Source: Geotalea uraniireducens Rf4
GTDB taxonomy: Bacteria > Desulfobacterota > Desulfuromonadia > Geobacterales > Geobacteraceae
DNA length: 32,000 nucleotides
Assembly: GCF_000016745.1 (NCBI RefSeq)
Contig: NC_009483.1
Coordinates: 2,760,001 to 2,792,000 of the forward strand
Direction: 5' to 3'
Numbering within the stretch: position 1 is the first letter of the stretch; each line of letters starts with the position of its first letter. The notes beneath the pieces are model-generated. The model searched no databases and had not been told where the DNA came from. It saw only the letters and a program-made list of their open reading frames with translations. Positions 18,235-25,650 of the stretch are shown piece after piece. The translations under genes and the position numbers were made by a program.

Positions 18235-19410
18235 ATGACATTACAGCAGATCATAGCGCGTGGATACGAACAGAGAACAGCGAACAAGCCGTTGCCACCG
18301 TATATGTGGAAGGCCGCCGGACGAATCTCGGTTTGTCGGACGTCAACTCTTGGCGGCCACGTGCAGGCGTGCCCTGAGGGGCACGTTGAAAGGCACTGGT
18401 ACAACTCCTGCCGGCACCGCGCCTGTCCCGTCTGCAACTATACTGCCACCGAACGATGGCTTGACAGCCAGAAAGAACGAATCCTCAACTGCGAACATTT
18501 TCATGTTGTTTTCACGCTGGACAGTGCGCTTGATCGCCTCTGGCTCGTCAATGTCCGGGCCATGACCAACATTCTTTTCCAGTCGGCCCGCGACACGCTC
18601 TTTGAACTTTTGGGTGACGATAAATACCTGGGCGCCGAACCGGGCGTGATCATGGCGCGCCATACCTGGGGGCAGATGCTCGGCCTTCATCCGCATGTTC
18701 ACTGCCTGGTATCGGGGGGCGGCCTGACCCAGAGCGGTGAATGGCGCAGTGTCGCCAACGGCTATCTGCTACCGGTGCGGGTCGTGCGCTCCCTGTTCTG
18801 CGGCAAGTTCCTCGATGCAATTCGCCGCGGAGTTGAGCGGGCAGAGCTGACCGTGCCGGATGGCGAGCGACCGCAGCAGGTTTTGAACCTGCTCAACAAG
18901 CTCGGCCGCAAGAAGTGGAATGTCTGCATCCGGGAGCGCTACGCGCACGGCAACGGTGTCTTGACCTACCTCGGCCGGTACTTGCGCGGCGGAGCCATTT
19001 CGAACCGCCGAATCATTTCGTCCGACGAAGAGCAGGTGCGTTTCCGCTACAAGGATTATCGCGAAGAAAGTGAGAGCGGCGGCAAGAAGTGCAAAACGAT
19101 GGAGCTTAGCGTCAATGACTTTGTGCGCCGGGTGCTGCTGCATGTCCCGGAACCGGGCCACAAGGTGGTGCGTTCATACGGATTGTACGCGGGAAGCCGG
19201 CGCCAGGCCCTTGACCGCTGCCGGGAATTACTCGGGCAAGAACCGGTACAGGAGCCGAAGGCGCGCACATGGCAGGAATGCGTGGCGGGACTGGGAGAGA
19301 CAAACCCCGGCCAATGCCCGGTATGCGGCTCACGGCTGGTGCAACGGGAGGTGTTTCGTCCGGAGTTCAGGGGCGAGACAAGGAAGTTTCCAATGAAAGA
19401 GGCGGCATGA
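18235..19410 (+). CDS. IS91-family (HUH Y2, rolling-circle) transposase
   Basis: 391 aa with an N-terminal zinc-binding region (CRTSTLGGHVQACPEGHVERHWYNSCRHRACPVC) and HUH-like HFHVVFT ... HPHVHCLVSGGGL. I could not define the element ends. Confidence 0.85.
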   Translation: MTLQQIIARGYEQRTANKPLPPYMWKAAGRISVCRTSTLGGHVQACPEGHVERHWYNSCRHRACPVCNYTATERWLDSQKERILNCEHFHVVFTLDSALDRLWLVNVRAMTNILFQSARDTLFELLGDDKYLGAEPGVIMARHTWGQMLGLHPHVHCLVSGGGLTQSGEWRSVANGYLLPVRVVRSLFCGKFLDAIRRGVERAELTVPDGERPQQVLNLLNKLGRKKWNVCIRERYAHGNGVLTYLGRYLRGGAISNRRIISSDEEQVRFRYKDYREESESGGKKCKTMELSVNDFVRRVLLHVPEPGHKVVRSYGLYAGSRRQALDRCRELLGQEPVQEPKARTWQECVAGLGETNPGQCPVCGSRLVQREVFRPEFRGETRKFPMKEAA

Positions 19411-19624
19411 GCAGGCAGCAAGAAGTGACTGACGATCAGCAGCCGGTGATGACGCATGCCTTAAAGACAGGAAAAACGAAGCTTCTGGGAGAGTCAAAGG
19501 CAAATCACACCACCAAACCCGCCCAAGACAAGGAAGATTTCAGCGACGGCAACAATTTACTGACAAAAAAACCGTAAATCAGCTCTGGCGGTGACGAGAA
19601 AACTCCATAGACCACAAAGAAAAA

Positions 19625-19718
19625 GCTCAACACTCGGATGGAACAGACGCGCCGATCAAGATCGCCGCTAAAGGCATGTTTTGGGGCGGCTTGCTGTTCA
19701 TCCTCTAAAACGTTGGGC
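19625..19718 (+). other. attC-like recombination site 1
   Basis: R'' is GCTCAAC (19625-19631) and R' is GTTGGGC (19712-19718). The inner arms pair with a 1-nt bulge: GGATGGAACAG against the reverse complement GGATGAACAG. Confidence 0.6.
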
Positions 19719-20229
19719 GAGGAATTTGAATTATGAATAAATTAATTGCTGTTTGGAAACAGCTTGTTGTCTGGACTAAAAACGGTAAAAATTTCTGGCT
19801 AGTTATCCTGCCATTCGGAGGGGTCGTTGCTTCGATAATACTCTTAAGAGGGTACCCAAAAGGGCTGAACATCTTAAAGCTAGAGGGAATATTAGTTGAA
19901 ATAGCTGGACTTGCTACAGTGGTATTGTCTCTTTCGAGGGAGAACAAGAAATATAACCAAAACGGATACCTCAAGTCGTTTATCGTTTGGGTTTCGGACG
20001 TTAAGTACATATTGTTTCCTCGCAACATTACCATACAAGTTGACAGTTGTTTGAGCGGTATCTCAAGTATTGGTGCAGGAATAGTAACCGGAACTCTTAA
20101 TTTCGAGAATATTGATCAGAAAGTAGAATACCTGCTCCAAAAGGTAATGATATTAGAAAAGTCTATGAATGAGGGTTTTCATAAAATCGAAACTGTGAAG
20201 TCAGAAATAAAGGCGGAGTTAGCCTCTCT

Positions 20230-21571
20230 GGCTCTGCAACGAATCAAGTGGGTAGAGGGAATAGCGACTTTAGGTTGAGCTTGCCTGCAACCAGATAAGC
20301 CATGCAGATCAAGTTGTCAGGATTCCGATAGCCTCGTGCCCGAGTTTTGGCTGATTGAATTAGGCTGTTGATGCCCTCAATGAAGCCGCTAGTCAGGCCG
20401 CTTTCAAAATGTGCCAGAATGCCATCCCAATGCTCTTTTACAGATTCGGCCATGTTCTTGATGAGTTGGATTGAGCTTGCGGCGGCTTTCCGATGCCATT
20501 TGGTCAACAGGGTTTCTGCCTCCGTTCGGCTTGAAGCAAAATAGACGTTCTGAAGGTTCAGCTTGTGCATGTAAGCTTCCGTACTCCTTAAGCTTTGACT
20601 GGTGATAATGGCATCCAGGCGCTGTTCCTCTTCCGGTGTCAGGTTCTCTGGATTTTTGAGGAACAGGTTTCTGCTCTTTTTCAGGATTTCAGGAAATAAC
20701 CTGGCTTCTTGAGCCCTTATCTTACTAAGCTTATCGTTCATAAGCTTGATGACGTGGAATTTATCGAAGGTGACCACGGCATGGGGCAACTGCTCTTTGA
20801 CACCCTTTATGAATGCCTTGGACATGTCAATAGCAGCGTCTGTGATGCTATCAGGATCGCCGCCATGTGACTTAAGGTCCGCGACGAAGCTCTTGACTGT
20901 TTCGTTGTCCTTTCCCGTCGTGCCGAACAAGAGCTTATGCATGTCGAGGTCGAAGAAGAAGGTGACGAATTTCTCGTCATGACTGCGCCCGGCAAAGGTT
21001 TCATCCGCACCGACCCTCTTCACCTCGGAGAAGTCTTCTGCGGCCCTTGCCTTCTCGACATAGGATTGAATCAACCGCCATAGACGGGTATCGGTAACGG
21101 CAAACAGCCTGCTCATGACCTTCACCGGCAAATCACGAGCCATGGTCATGGCCAGGGCCTCAAACAGCAGCGTAAATCCTGAGCCTGCGCGAGCCCAGGG
21201 TACCTGGACCAACTTCACGCCGCAGTCGCTGTTAGGGCACTTTACCCGTGGAACACGCGCATGAAGGTAGGCTTCGTACTGGAAGAAATTCAGATGCCGC
21301 CACTCTTTCTCCGTGGTGTCATGGACTGGTGACAACGTTCCGCAGACCGGACAGGGAAAGGTGGCTCCCCGCTGGAAGTCGATGGTTATGTCCAAACGAC
21401 TTGACTTCTTGTTGAAGTCAACAGAGGTAACCTTCCACGGGATGGCAATTCCAAGAGCAGCACCAAAAAGATCTTCAGGATTCATAGCGATTACTAACCT
21501 CCAGGCTGAGTGATGGTGGCCTATCTTACATCAACCCGGCCCAGGCTACCCACTCAATTCGTCGAGGAGCC
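20230..21571 (-). mobile_element. ISL3-family insertion sequence (1342 bp) with an 8-bp target-site duplication
   Basis: The terminal IRs are GGCTCTGCAACGAATCAAGTGGGTAG (left) and the reverse complement of CTACCCACTCAATTCGTCGAGGAGCC (right). The TSD GCCTCTCT lies at 20222-20229 and 21572-21579. Confidence 0.9.
20244..21485 (-). CDS. ISL3-family transposase
   Basis: 413 aa with an N-terminal zinc-finger region (FPCPVCG...RVKCPNSDCG) and a DDE domain, sitting between the IRs above. Confidence 0.9.
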   Translation of the reverse strand: MNPEDLFGAALGIAIPWKVTSVDFNKKSSRLDITIDFQRGATFPCPVCGTLSPVHDTTEKEWRHLNFFQYEAYLHARVPRVKCPNSDCGVKLVQVPWARAGSGFTLLFEALAMTMARDLPVKVMSRLFAVTDTRLWRLIQSYVEKARAAEDFSEVKRVGADETFAGRSHDEKFVTFFFDLDMHKLLFGTTGKDNETVKSFVADLKSHGGDPDSITDAAIDMSKAFIKGVKEQLPHAVVTFDKFHVIKLMNDKLSKIRAQEARLFPEILKKSRNLFLKNPENLTPEEEQRLDAIITSQSLRSTEAYMHKLNLQNVYFASSRTEAETLLTKWHRKAAASSIQLIKNMAESVKEHWDGILAHFESGLTSGFIEGINSLIQSAKTRARGYRNPDNLICMAYLVAGKLNLKSLFPLPT

Positions 21572-21753
21572 GCCTCTCTCAAATCGAATTTAGAAACGGA
21601 AATTACCAAAGTTAAGAATGACATTAAAGATAAAGCTACTATAGACTATTGTCTACTTGTATCAGGCTCAATATTAACAGCGATAGGAATGATTATTACC
21701 AATCTTCCTGATTATTATTTCAATCTTCTAAATTTGCATTCTTAGAATAGGAT

Positions 21754-21818
21754 GCCCAACCACTCGGCGGCACGCGGGCTTCGCTACGCTTCGCCGGTGC
21801 GCCTCGACACCGTTGATA
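21754..21818 (+). other. attC-like recombination site 2
   Basis: R'' GCCCAAC (21754-21760) matches RYYYAAC. R' GTTGATA (21812-21818) is a partial match to GTTRRRY. The arms are imperfectly complementary. The 5' part GCCCAACCACTCGG resembles GCTCAACACTCGG of site 1, and the site starts 9 nt after the cassette-1 stop. Confidence 0.55.
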
Positions 21819-21835
21819 TGGCTAAGGGGGTCAAA

Positions 21836-22069
21836 ATGAAGTTCTGGGCAATGACCTGCAAAGTACTCGGGTATATCTGACTGGTGTTGGCTGGACTCCT
21901 GATCTTGGTAGGCATCGTGGAGGTCTGGATGAAGGAGGGATTTTCCGGAGTTCAAAACCTCCTGAGCCCGTTTAACGTGGCGAACTATATCGTGACGATA
22001 ATTACGCTGGCTCCCGGAATTGGCTTGCTGATGCTTTCCGAAAAACTACAAAACAAGGCCAAGCCTTAG
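21836..22069 (+). pseudogene. small membrane protein cassette ORF with an in-frame TGA
   Basis: The ATG at 21836 has an AAGGGGG RBS 6 nt upstream and gives MKFWAMTCKVLGYI. A TGA at 21878-21880 follows, and the same frame continues LVLAGLLILVGIVEVWMKEGFSGVQNLLSPFNVANYIVTIITLAPGIGLLMLSEKLQNKAKP. The track ORF (21884, GTG start) has no RBS. Confidence 0.45.
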
Positions 22070-22084
22070 CCCTCCCATCAAGTG

Positions 22085-22155
22085 ACTTAACATTAAGCTG
22101 CGAGGGGGAAAGGTTTCAAGCTTAGTGCCCCCATCGCCTGCTTGACTTGTTGAGT
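22085..22155 (+). other. attC-like recombination site 3
   Basis: R'' is ACTTAAC (22085-22091) and R' is GTTGAGT (22149-22155); both fit the consensus. The arms TTAAGCtGCGAgGGGG and CCCCCatCGCctGCTTGA pair with bulges. Confidence 0.6.
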
Positions 22156-22159
22156 GTTT

Positions 22160-22184
22160 AAACGTACATTATAAATGTACGTTT
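22160..22184. promoter_or_regulatory. perfect 11-3-11 palindrome, likely the antitoxin operator overlapping the TA promoter
   Basis: AAACGTACATT-ata-AATGTACGTTT. A putative -35 TTGACT (22142-22147), a 17-nt spacer and a -10 TACATT (22165-22170) place the -10 inside the left arm. Confidence 0.55.
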
Positions 22185-22205
22185 GACCACCAAATGGAGG
22201 TTGCC

Positions 22206-22445
22206 ATGATTGAGGTGAATATTACTGAATTTCGCAATCATCTGCCCGAATATCTCGGGCAGGTAAAGAAGGGGGAAGATATTTTTCTCACCTCACGGGG
22301 CAAGGTTGTTGCCAAGGTTACGCCCGTAACTGATGAACGGGCTGCTGCTCGTGAGGCGCTAATGCTATTGCGCGGGACATGCCGCATTGGTGACGTGATT
22401 TCCCCGCTTGATGAAAAGTGGGAGGCTAGTGATGCTGGTTCTTGA
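22206..22445 (+). CDS. Phd/YefM-family antitoxin
   Basis: MIEVNITEFRNHLPEYLGQVKKGEDIFLTSRGKVVAKVTPV... with a GGAGG RBS 7 nt before the ATG at 22206. It overlaps the toxin gene. Confidence 0.8.
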   Translation: MIEVNITEFRNHLPEYLGQVKKGEDIFLTSRGKVVAKVTPVTDERAAAREALMLLRGTCRIGDVISPLDEKWEASDAGS

Positions 22446-22827
22446 CACCTGCGCTCTCATTTATGATGCCCTAAGCCCGAACAGCCTCAGCCGGAAAGCG
22501 GTAAAAGCAATCACGAAGGGTGATGAAGATGGGCTGTTGGCATGCAGCGATATTTCACTCTGGGAAATCGCCATGCTGATCAGCAAGGGGCGGCTTGATC
22601 CTGGGACGGACGCCGTCACGTTCCTGCGACTCCTTCATTCCGCCCGACAGATCCGGGTGTTCCCCATCACTCCCGAAATAGCAGCTACCAGCGCCAGCTC
22701 ATCCCTCTTTGTCCATGGTGATCCAGCCGACCGTATCATTGCAGCCACAGCCATTGTTCATAAAGCGGAACTGGTAACTTGTGACGGACATCTGTCGGCA
22801 GTCAAGGGATTGCGAGTCATCTGGTGA
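22432..22827 (+). CDS. vapC: PIN-domain toxin, VapC family
   Basis: MLVLDTCALIYD... with acidic PIN residues (D5, E in SLWEIA, D in GDPADRIIAATA, D in TCDGH). The start overlaps the antitoxin end by 14 nt. Confidence 0.8.
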   Translation: MLVLDTCALIYDALSPNSLSRKAVKAITKGDEDGLLACSDISLWEIAMLISKGRLDPGTDAVTFLRLLHSARQIRVFPITPEIAATSASSSLFVHGDPADRIIAATAIVHKAELVTCDGHLSAVKGLRVIW

Positions 22828-22925
22828 TGAATTCTGTCTGTTTGGATGAAGTAAGGGACTAAGTTAAAGGGTTACATCTCCATTCCCCACTTTTTGCAAA
22901 CAATTATCGTGAAAACAGCGAAGGT

Positions 22926-22994
22926 GCCAATCACCGCTCGGACCGTGTCCGGGCATAAACCGCCCGGCAGGTCAAGCCAGCCCCGCCGTTAACA
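22926..22994 (+). other. degenerate attC-like site 4
   Basis: GCCAATCACCGCTCGG resembles GCCCAACCACTCGG of site 2. The arms CGGACCGTGTCCGGGC and GCCCGGCAGGTC pair. R' is GTTAACA (22988-22994). The R'' core is not canonical. Confidence 0.35.
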
Positions 22995-23054
22995 GCTGAT
23001 TCAGAGAAAACAGGAACCCGTCGCGATTTCAAAAACATCAGGAGGAACGACACC

Positions 23055-24122
23055 ATGAATTTCGACTGCATACCACGCGAAGACCTGCATGGCATCCTCT
23101 GCCACATGCCGAAAGCAGAACTGCATATTCACATCGAAGGCTCACTGGAGCCGGAACTGATCTTTGAACTGGCAACTCGGAACCGGATTCAACTCCCCTA
23201 CCCGACCATAGATGAACTGCGTGCTGCCTATGCCTTTACGGATCTGCAGAGCTTTCTGGACATCTACTATGCCGGGGCCAGCGTGCTGCAAAAAGAAGCG
23301 GATTTCTTCGACATGGCCTGGGCTTACCTGAAGCGAGCCAAAGCCGAAAATGTAGTACACGCAGAAATTTTCTTTGATCCCCAGACACATACGGCCAGAG
23401 GAATTCCATTTGAAACGGTAATCAACGGACTGGATCGGGCAATCCGTCGCGGCCGTGAAGAACTGGGACTGAGTGCCTCGCTGATACTCTGTTTCCTGCG
23501 CCACCTGAGTGAAGAGGACGCTTTTGCGGCGCTGGAAGATGCTCTGCCGTTCCGCGACAAGTTCATCGGGGTCGGCCTTGACAGCAGCGAGCGCGGAAAT
23601 CCGCCGGAGAAATTTACCAGGGTATTTGCACGCTGCCGGGAGCTGGGACTGCGACTGGTGGCCCATGCCGGAGAAGAAGGTTCAGCCGAATACATAAGCC
23701 ATTCCCTTGACCTGCTGAAAGCGGAAAGGATCGACCATGGTGTGCACTGCCTGGATGATCCGAAGCTTGTCGCACGACTGGTACAGCAACGCATACCATT
23801 GACAGTATGCCCCCTTTCCAACGTAAAACTTTGCGTGTTTCCGAGTCTTTCCGCTCACAACATCGGCAAATTGCTGGCTGCCGGCATTGCAGCAACTATT
23901 AATTCAGACGATCCGGCCTATTTCGGTGGATACCTGAACCGGAATTACACCGCTACATTCGCAGCACTGCCGGGGCTTGGGGCAAAAGAGGCTTACCAGC
24001 TGGCTCGCAACAGTTTTGAGGCCAGTTTTGTGAATGAAAACATCAAGGAAGGATGGATCAGGGAGCTTGATGAATTCTTTACGCATTATAGGGAAAATGA
24101 GGGAAAATGGCTTCCACTTTGA
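23055..24122 (+). CDS. add: adenosine/adenine deaminase (Add family)
   Basis: 355 aa with metal-binding motifs LHIHIEGS, HAGE and NSDDPAYFGGY, and an AGGAGG RBS. Confidence 0.85.
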   Translation: MNFDCIPREDLHGILCHMPKAELHIHIEGSLEPELIFELATRNRIQLPYPTIDELRAAYAFTDLQSFLDIYYAGASVLQKEADFFDMAWAYLKRAKAENVVHAEIFFDPQTHTARGIPFETVINGLDRAIRRGREELGLSASLILCFLRHLSEEDAFAALEDALPFRDKFIGVGLDSSERGNPPEKFTRVFARCRELGLRLVAHAGEEGSAEYISHSLDLLKAERIDHGVHCLDDPKLVARLVQQRIPLTVCPLSNVKLCVFPSLSAHNIGKLLAAGIAATINSDDPAYFGGYLNRNYTATFAALPGLGAKEAYQLARNSFEASFVNENIKEGWIRELDEFFTHYRENEGKWLPL

Positions 24123-24193
24123 CAAGTTGAATTCTTCCCCGAAATCCGAATACCCAAAAGAAACAGGCTGCTCCTGTTAGCCGCCCATATCCT

Positions 24194-24436
24194 GTGGCAA
24201 CGATGAGAGGGCAGGTCATGGTTCGTCTCTTCAACTTCCTGCTGCGGGTGTTGCGCGGGTTCAAACGCAACCAGGGGCTCTTGTTGTCCGGCGCTCTTGC
24301 CTATTATACCCAGTTGTCAATTGTGCCCATGTCGATCCTTGCCCTCATTGTGCTGACGCATTTCATAGAAGAGCAGCAGTTGATTCACACCTTGTCAACG
24401 TACCTGGAAATGGTGATCCCCGGCTATAGAACTTGA
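24194..24436 (+). pseudogene. N-terminal fragment of a YihY/BrkB-family membrane protein
   Basis: 80 aa including GFKRNQGLLLSGALAYYTQLSIVPMSILAL, a typical YihY N-terminus. Family members are roughly 300 aa, so this copy is truncated. Confidence 0.6.
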
Positions 24437-24519
24437 GCGCAAACCCGACGAATCGACCAGGGAGGAACAATCGGGATTTGAGACACGATGATGTCGTATC
24501 ATGTCATTTCGGACTCTCC

Positions 24520-24711
24520 TCAGCTCTCCTCATCTTTGCCCCAGAAGAATATCATCTGCGGGGTTGTGGCGCTATGCTCATTAATGAGCTGCTGGGTGCT
24601 GACAAGTTCCCATCCAACCTTGGCCATGCTATGCAGGTGATCTTGTAAATCAAGTGCCAGGAGATCATTTACAGGGTAATGCTTGGTTGTGAATGTATAT
24701 GCTTTCGCCAT
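24520..24711 (-). CDS. DUF4177-like domain protein (distal half of a gene split by the MITE)
   Basis: MAKAYTFTTKHYPVNDLLALDLQDHLHSMAKVGWELVSTQQL... It is in frame with 24975-25113 once the MITE and one TSD are removed. Confidence 0.6.
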   Translation of the reverse strand: MAKAYTFTTKHYPVNDLLALDLQDHLHSMAKVGWELVSTQQLINEHSATTPQMIFFWGKDEES

Positions 24712-24746
24712 GACCGCCTCTCCATCAATCTTTTTCCCAGAAAAAT

Positions 24747-24965
24747 CAGCGTTGTCCGGTTTGGTTTTTGCTTACGTCCCGTAGGGACAGAATACTGGTA
24801 GCCGGGGAATTCATTCCCCGGTCATCCAGGCGAAATATCATCACGTCACGTACGTGACGTGGGGAAATATAGCATCTCATCCGGGGGATGAATCCCCCGG
24901 CTACATTCAAACGCCCCTAATGGGGCTTAACAACCTTGATGCACAAACCAAACCGGACAACGCTG
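24747..24965. mobile_element. 219-bp MITE with IRs matching the IS4-family element at 26551-27885; 9-bp TSD
   Basis: The IRs are CAGCGTTGTCCGGTTTGGTTTTTGC and its reverse complement GCACAAACCAAACCGGACAACGCTG. The TSD CAGAAAAAT lies at 24738-24746 and 24966-24974. There is no ORF, and the interior is packed with palindromes such as CACGTCACGTACGTGACGTG. Confidence 0.85.
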
Positions 24966-25113
24966 CAGAAAAATAGAAATAACCGCTCTCTTTGATGACA
25001 TTAACCATCCTCCACCCGTCTTGTGCCATCTGGTTCAGATGCTGCACCATTCCTTCACGGATGACTTGGTTGGTAGGAGGTTCGTGCAGCGTAATGGTGT
25101 ATTCTTTAGCCAT
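24907..25113 (-). pseudogene. DUF4177-like domain protein (proximal half, C-terminus replaced by MITE-encoded residues)
   Basis: MAKEYTITLHEPPTNQVIREGMVQHLNQMAQDGWRMVNVIKESGYFYF is followed by SAALSGLVCASRLLSPIRGV* read from the MITE IR. An AAGGAG RBS lies 7 nt before the ATG at 25113. Confidence 0.6.
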
Positions 25114-25174
25114 TGTCATTCTCCTTAGTGCCCGGACACTCCAACCCTATGGAGCTGCACTCGAAGAAGGCACT

Positions 25175-25357
25175 TCATCCCAGGTCTTCCTCGATTTTCA
25201 GTTCCAGATCATCGATATTGACCCTAATAACCGTTCCGTCCTGCTCCTCGCTCCGCACAATGCCTTCCCTGACCCACTCGAGGACAAGATCCTTGCTAAC
25301 GCCGAATTTGGATTCTACTTCCTCTACGGTGCACCAGCTATCTCCTAACATGGACAT
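25175..25357 (-). CDS. small helix-turn-helix (excisionase/MerR-like) DNA-binding protein
   Basis: MSMLGDSWCTVEEVESKFGVSKDLVLEWVREGIVRSEEQDGTVIRV... with an AAGAGG RBS. It lies directly upstream of the DUF4177-like gene on the same strand. Confidence 0.55.
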   Translation of the reverse strand: MSMLGDSWCTVEEVESKFGVSKDLVLEWVREGIVRSEEQDGTVIRVNIDDLELKIEEDLG

Positions 25358-25650
25358 AAAGAACACCTCTTAATTAGTTTATCACCTTACTACACAATAC
25401 ATTATAGCATACAAAGGCTTGAGCACTCGTTTTCCCCTCAAAGCGATAAGGTATATATCCCATTAGAAAGACCTGAGGCCGTAATGGAATCTTCTACGGG
25501 AATGTCAAACACGGCCGTATTTGTTCCCTTGACGGGATTTATAATGGTGGTAAGCTTTTTGTGATTATTATTTTCTAACAATTACTTTCCGACAAAGCCA
25601 AACCCTTCGCGAGGAGGGGGCGGAAAGCGGCGGGTCTTCGCGACGAAGAT

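Larger units (their letters stand above)
19733..21745 (+). pseudogene. cassette ORF for a membrane/coiled-coil protein of unknown function, interrupted by an ISL3 element
   Basis: The N-terminal part (19733-20229) reads MNKLIAVWKQLVVWTKNGKNFWLVILPFGGVVASIILL...KSEIKAELASL. Removing the IS and one TSD copy leaves the frame open as ...LKSNLETEITKVKNDIKDKATIDYCLLVSGSILTAIGMIITNLPDYYFNLLNLHS* with the stop at 21743-21745. The restored product is ~221 aa and the region is visibly AT-rich. Confidence 0.7.

Noticed and set aside
19407-19577. 56-aa ORF overlapping the IS91 transposase stop (ATGA)
   Set aside because: It is hydrophilic and low in complexity (MSRQQEVTDDQQPVMTHALKTGKTKLL...), with no RBS beyond the overlap and no recognisable family. 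It could be real, but the sequence alone does not support it.
21878-21880. Selenocysteine recoding of the in-frame TGA
   Set aside because: The only downstream hairpin (GACUCC...GGAGGUC) is bulged, starts too far from the UGA and lacks a SECIS-like apical loop. Sec inside a TM helix of a tiny cassette protein is implausible.
22828-23054. Purine riboswitch upstream of the adenosine deaminase gene
   Set aside because: There is no three-way junction with the conserved UAUAAU...CUACC/GGUAG-type elements. The CCGGGC/GCCCGG hairpin is better explained as the arms of a decayed attC-like site.
24147-24164. 18-nt identity (AAAAGAAACAGGCTGCTC) between the region after add and the terminator at 29613-29630
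   Set aside because: It is too short to distinguish a recombination scar from chance or convergent terminator sequence. The second arm of the hairpin is absent at 24165.
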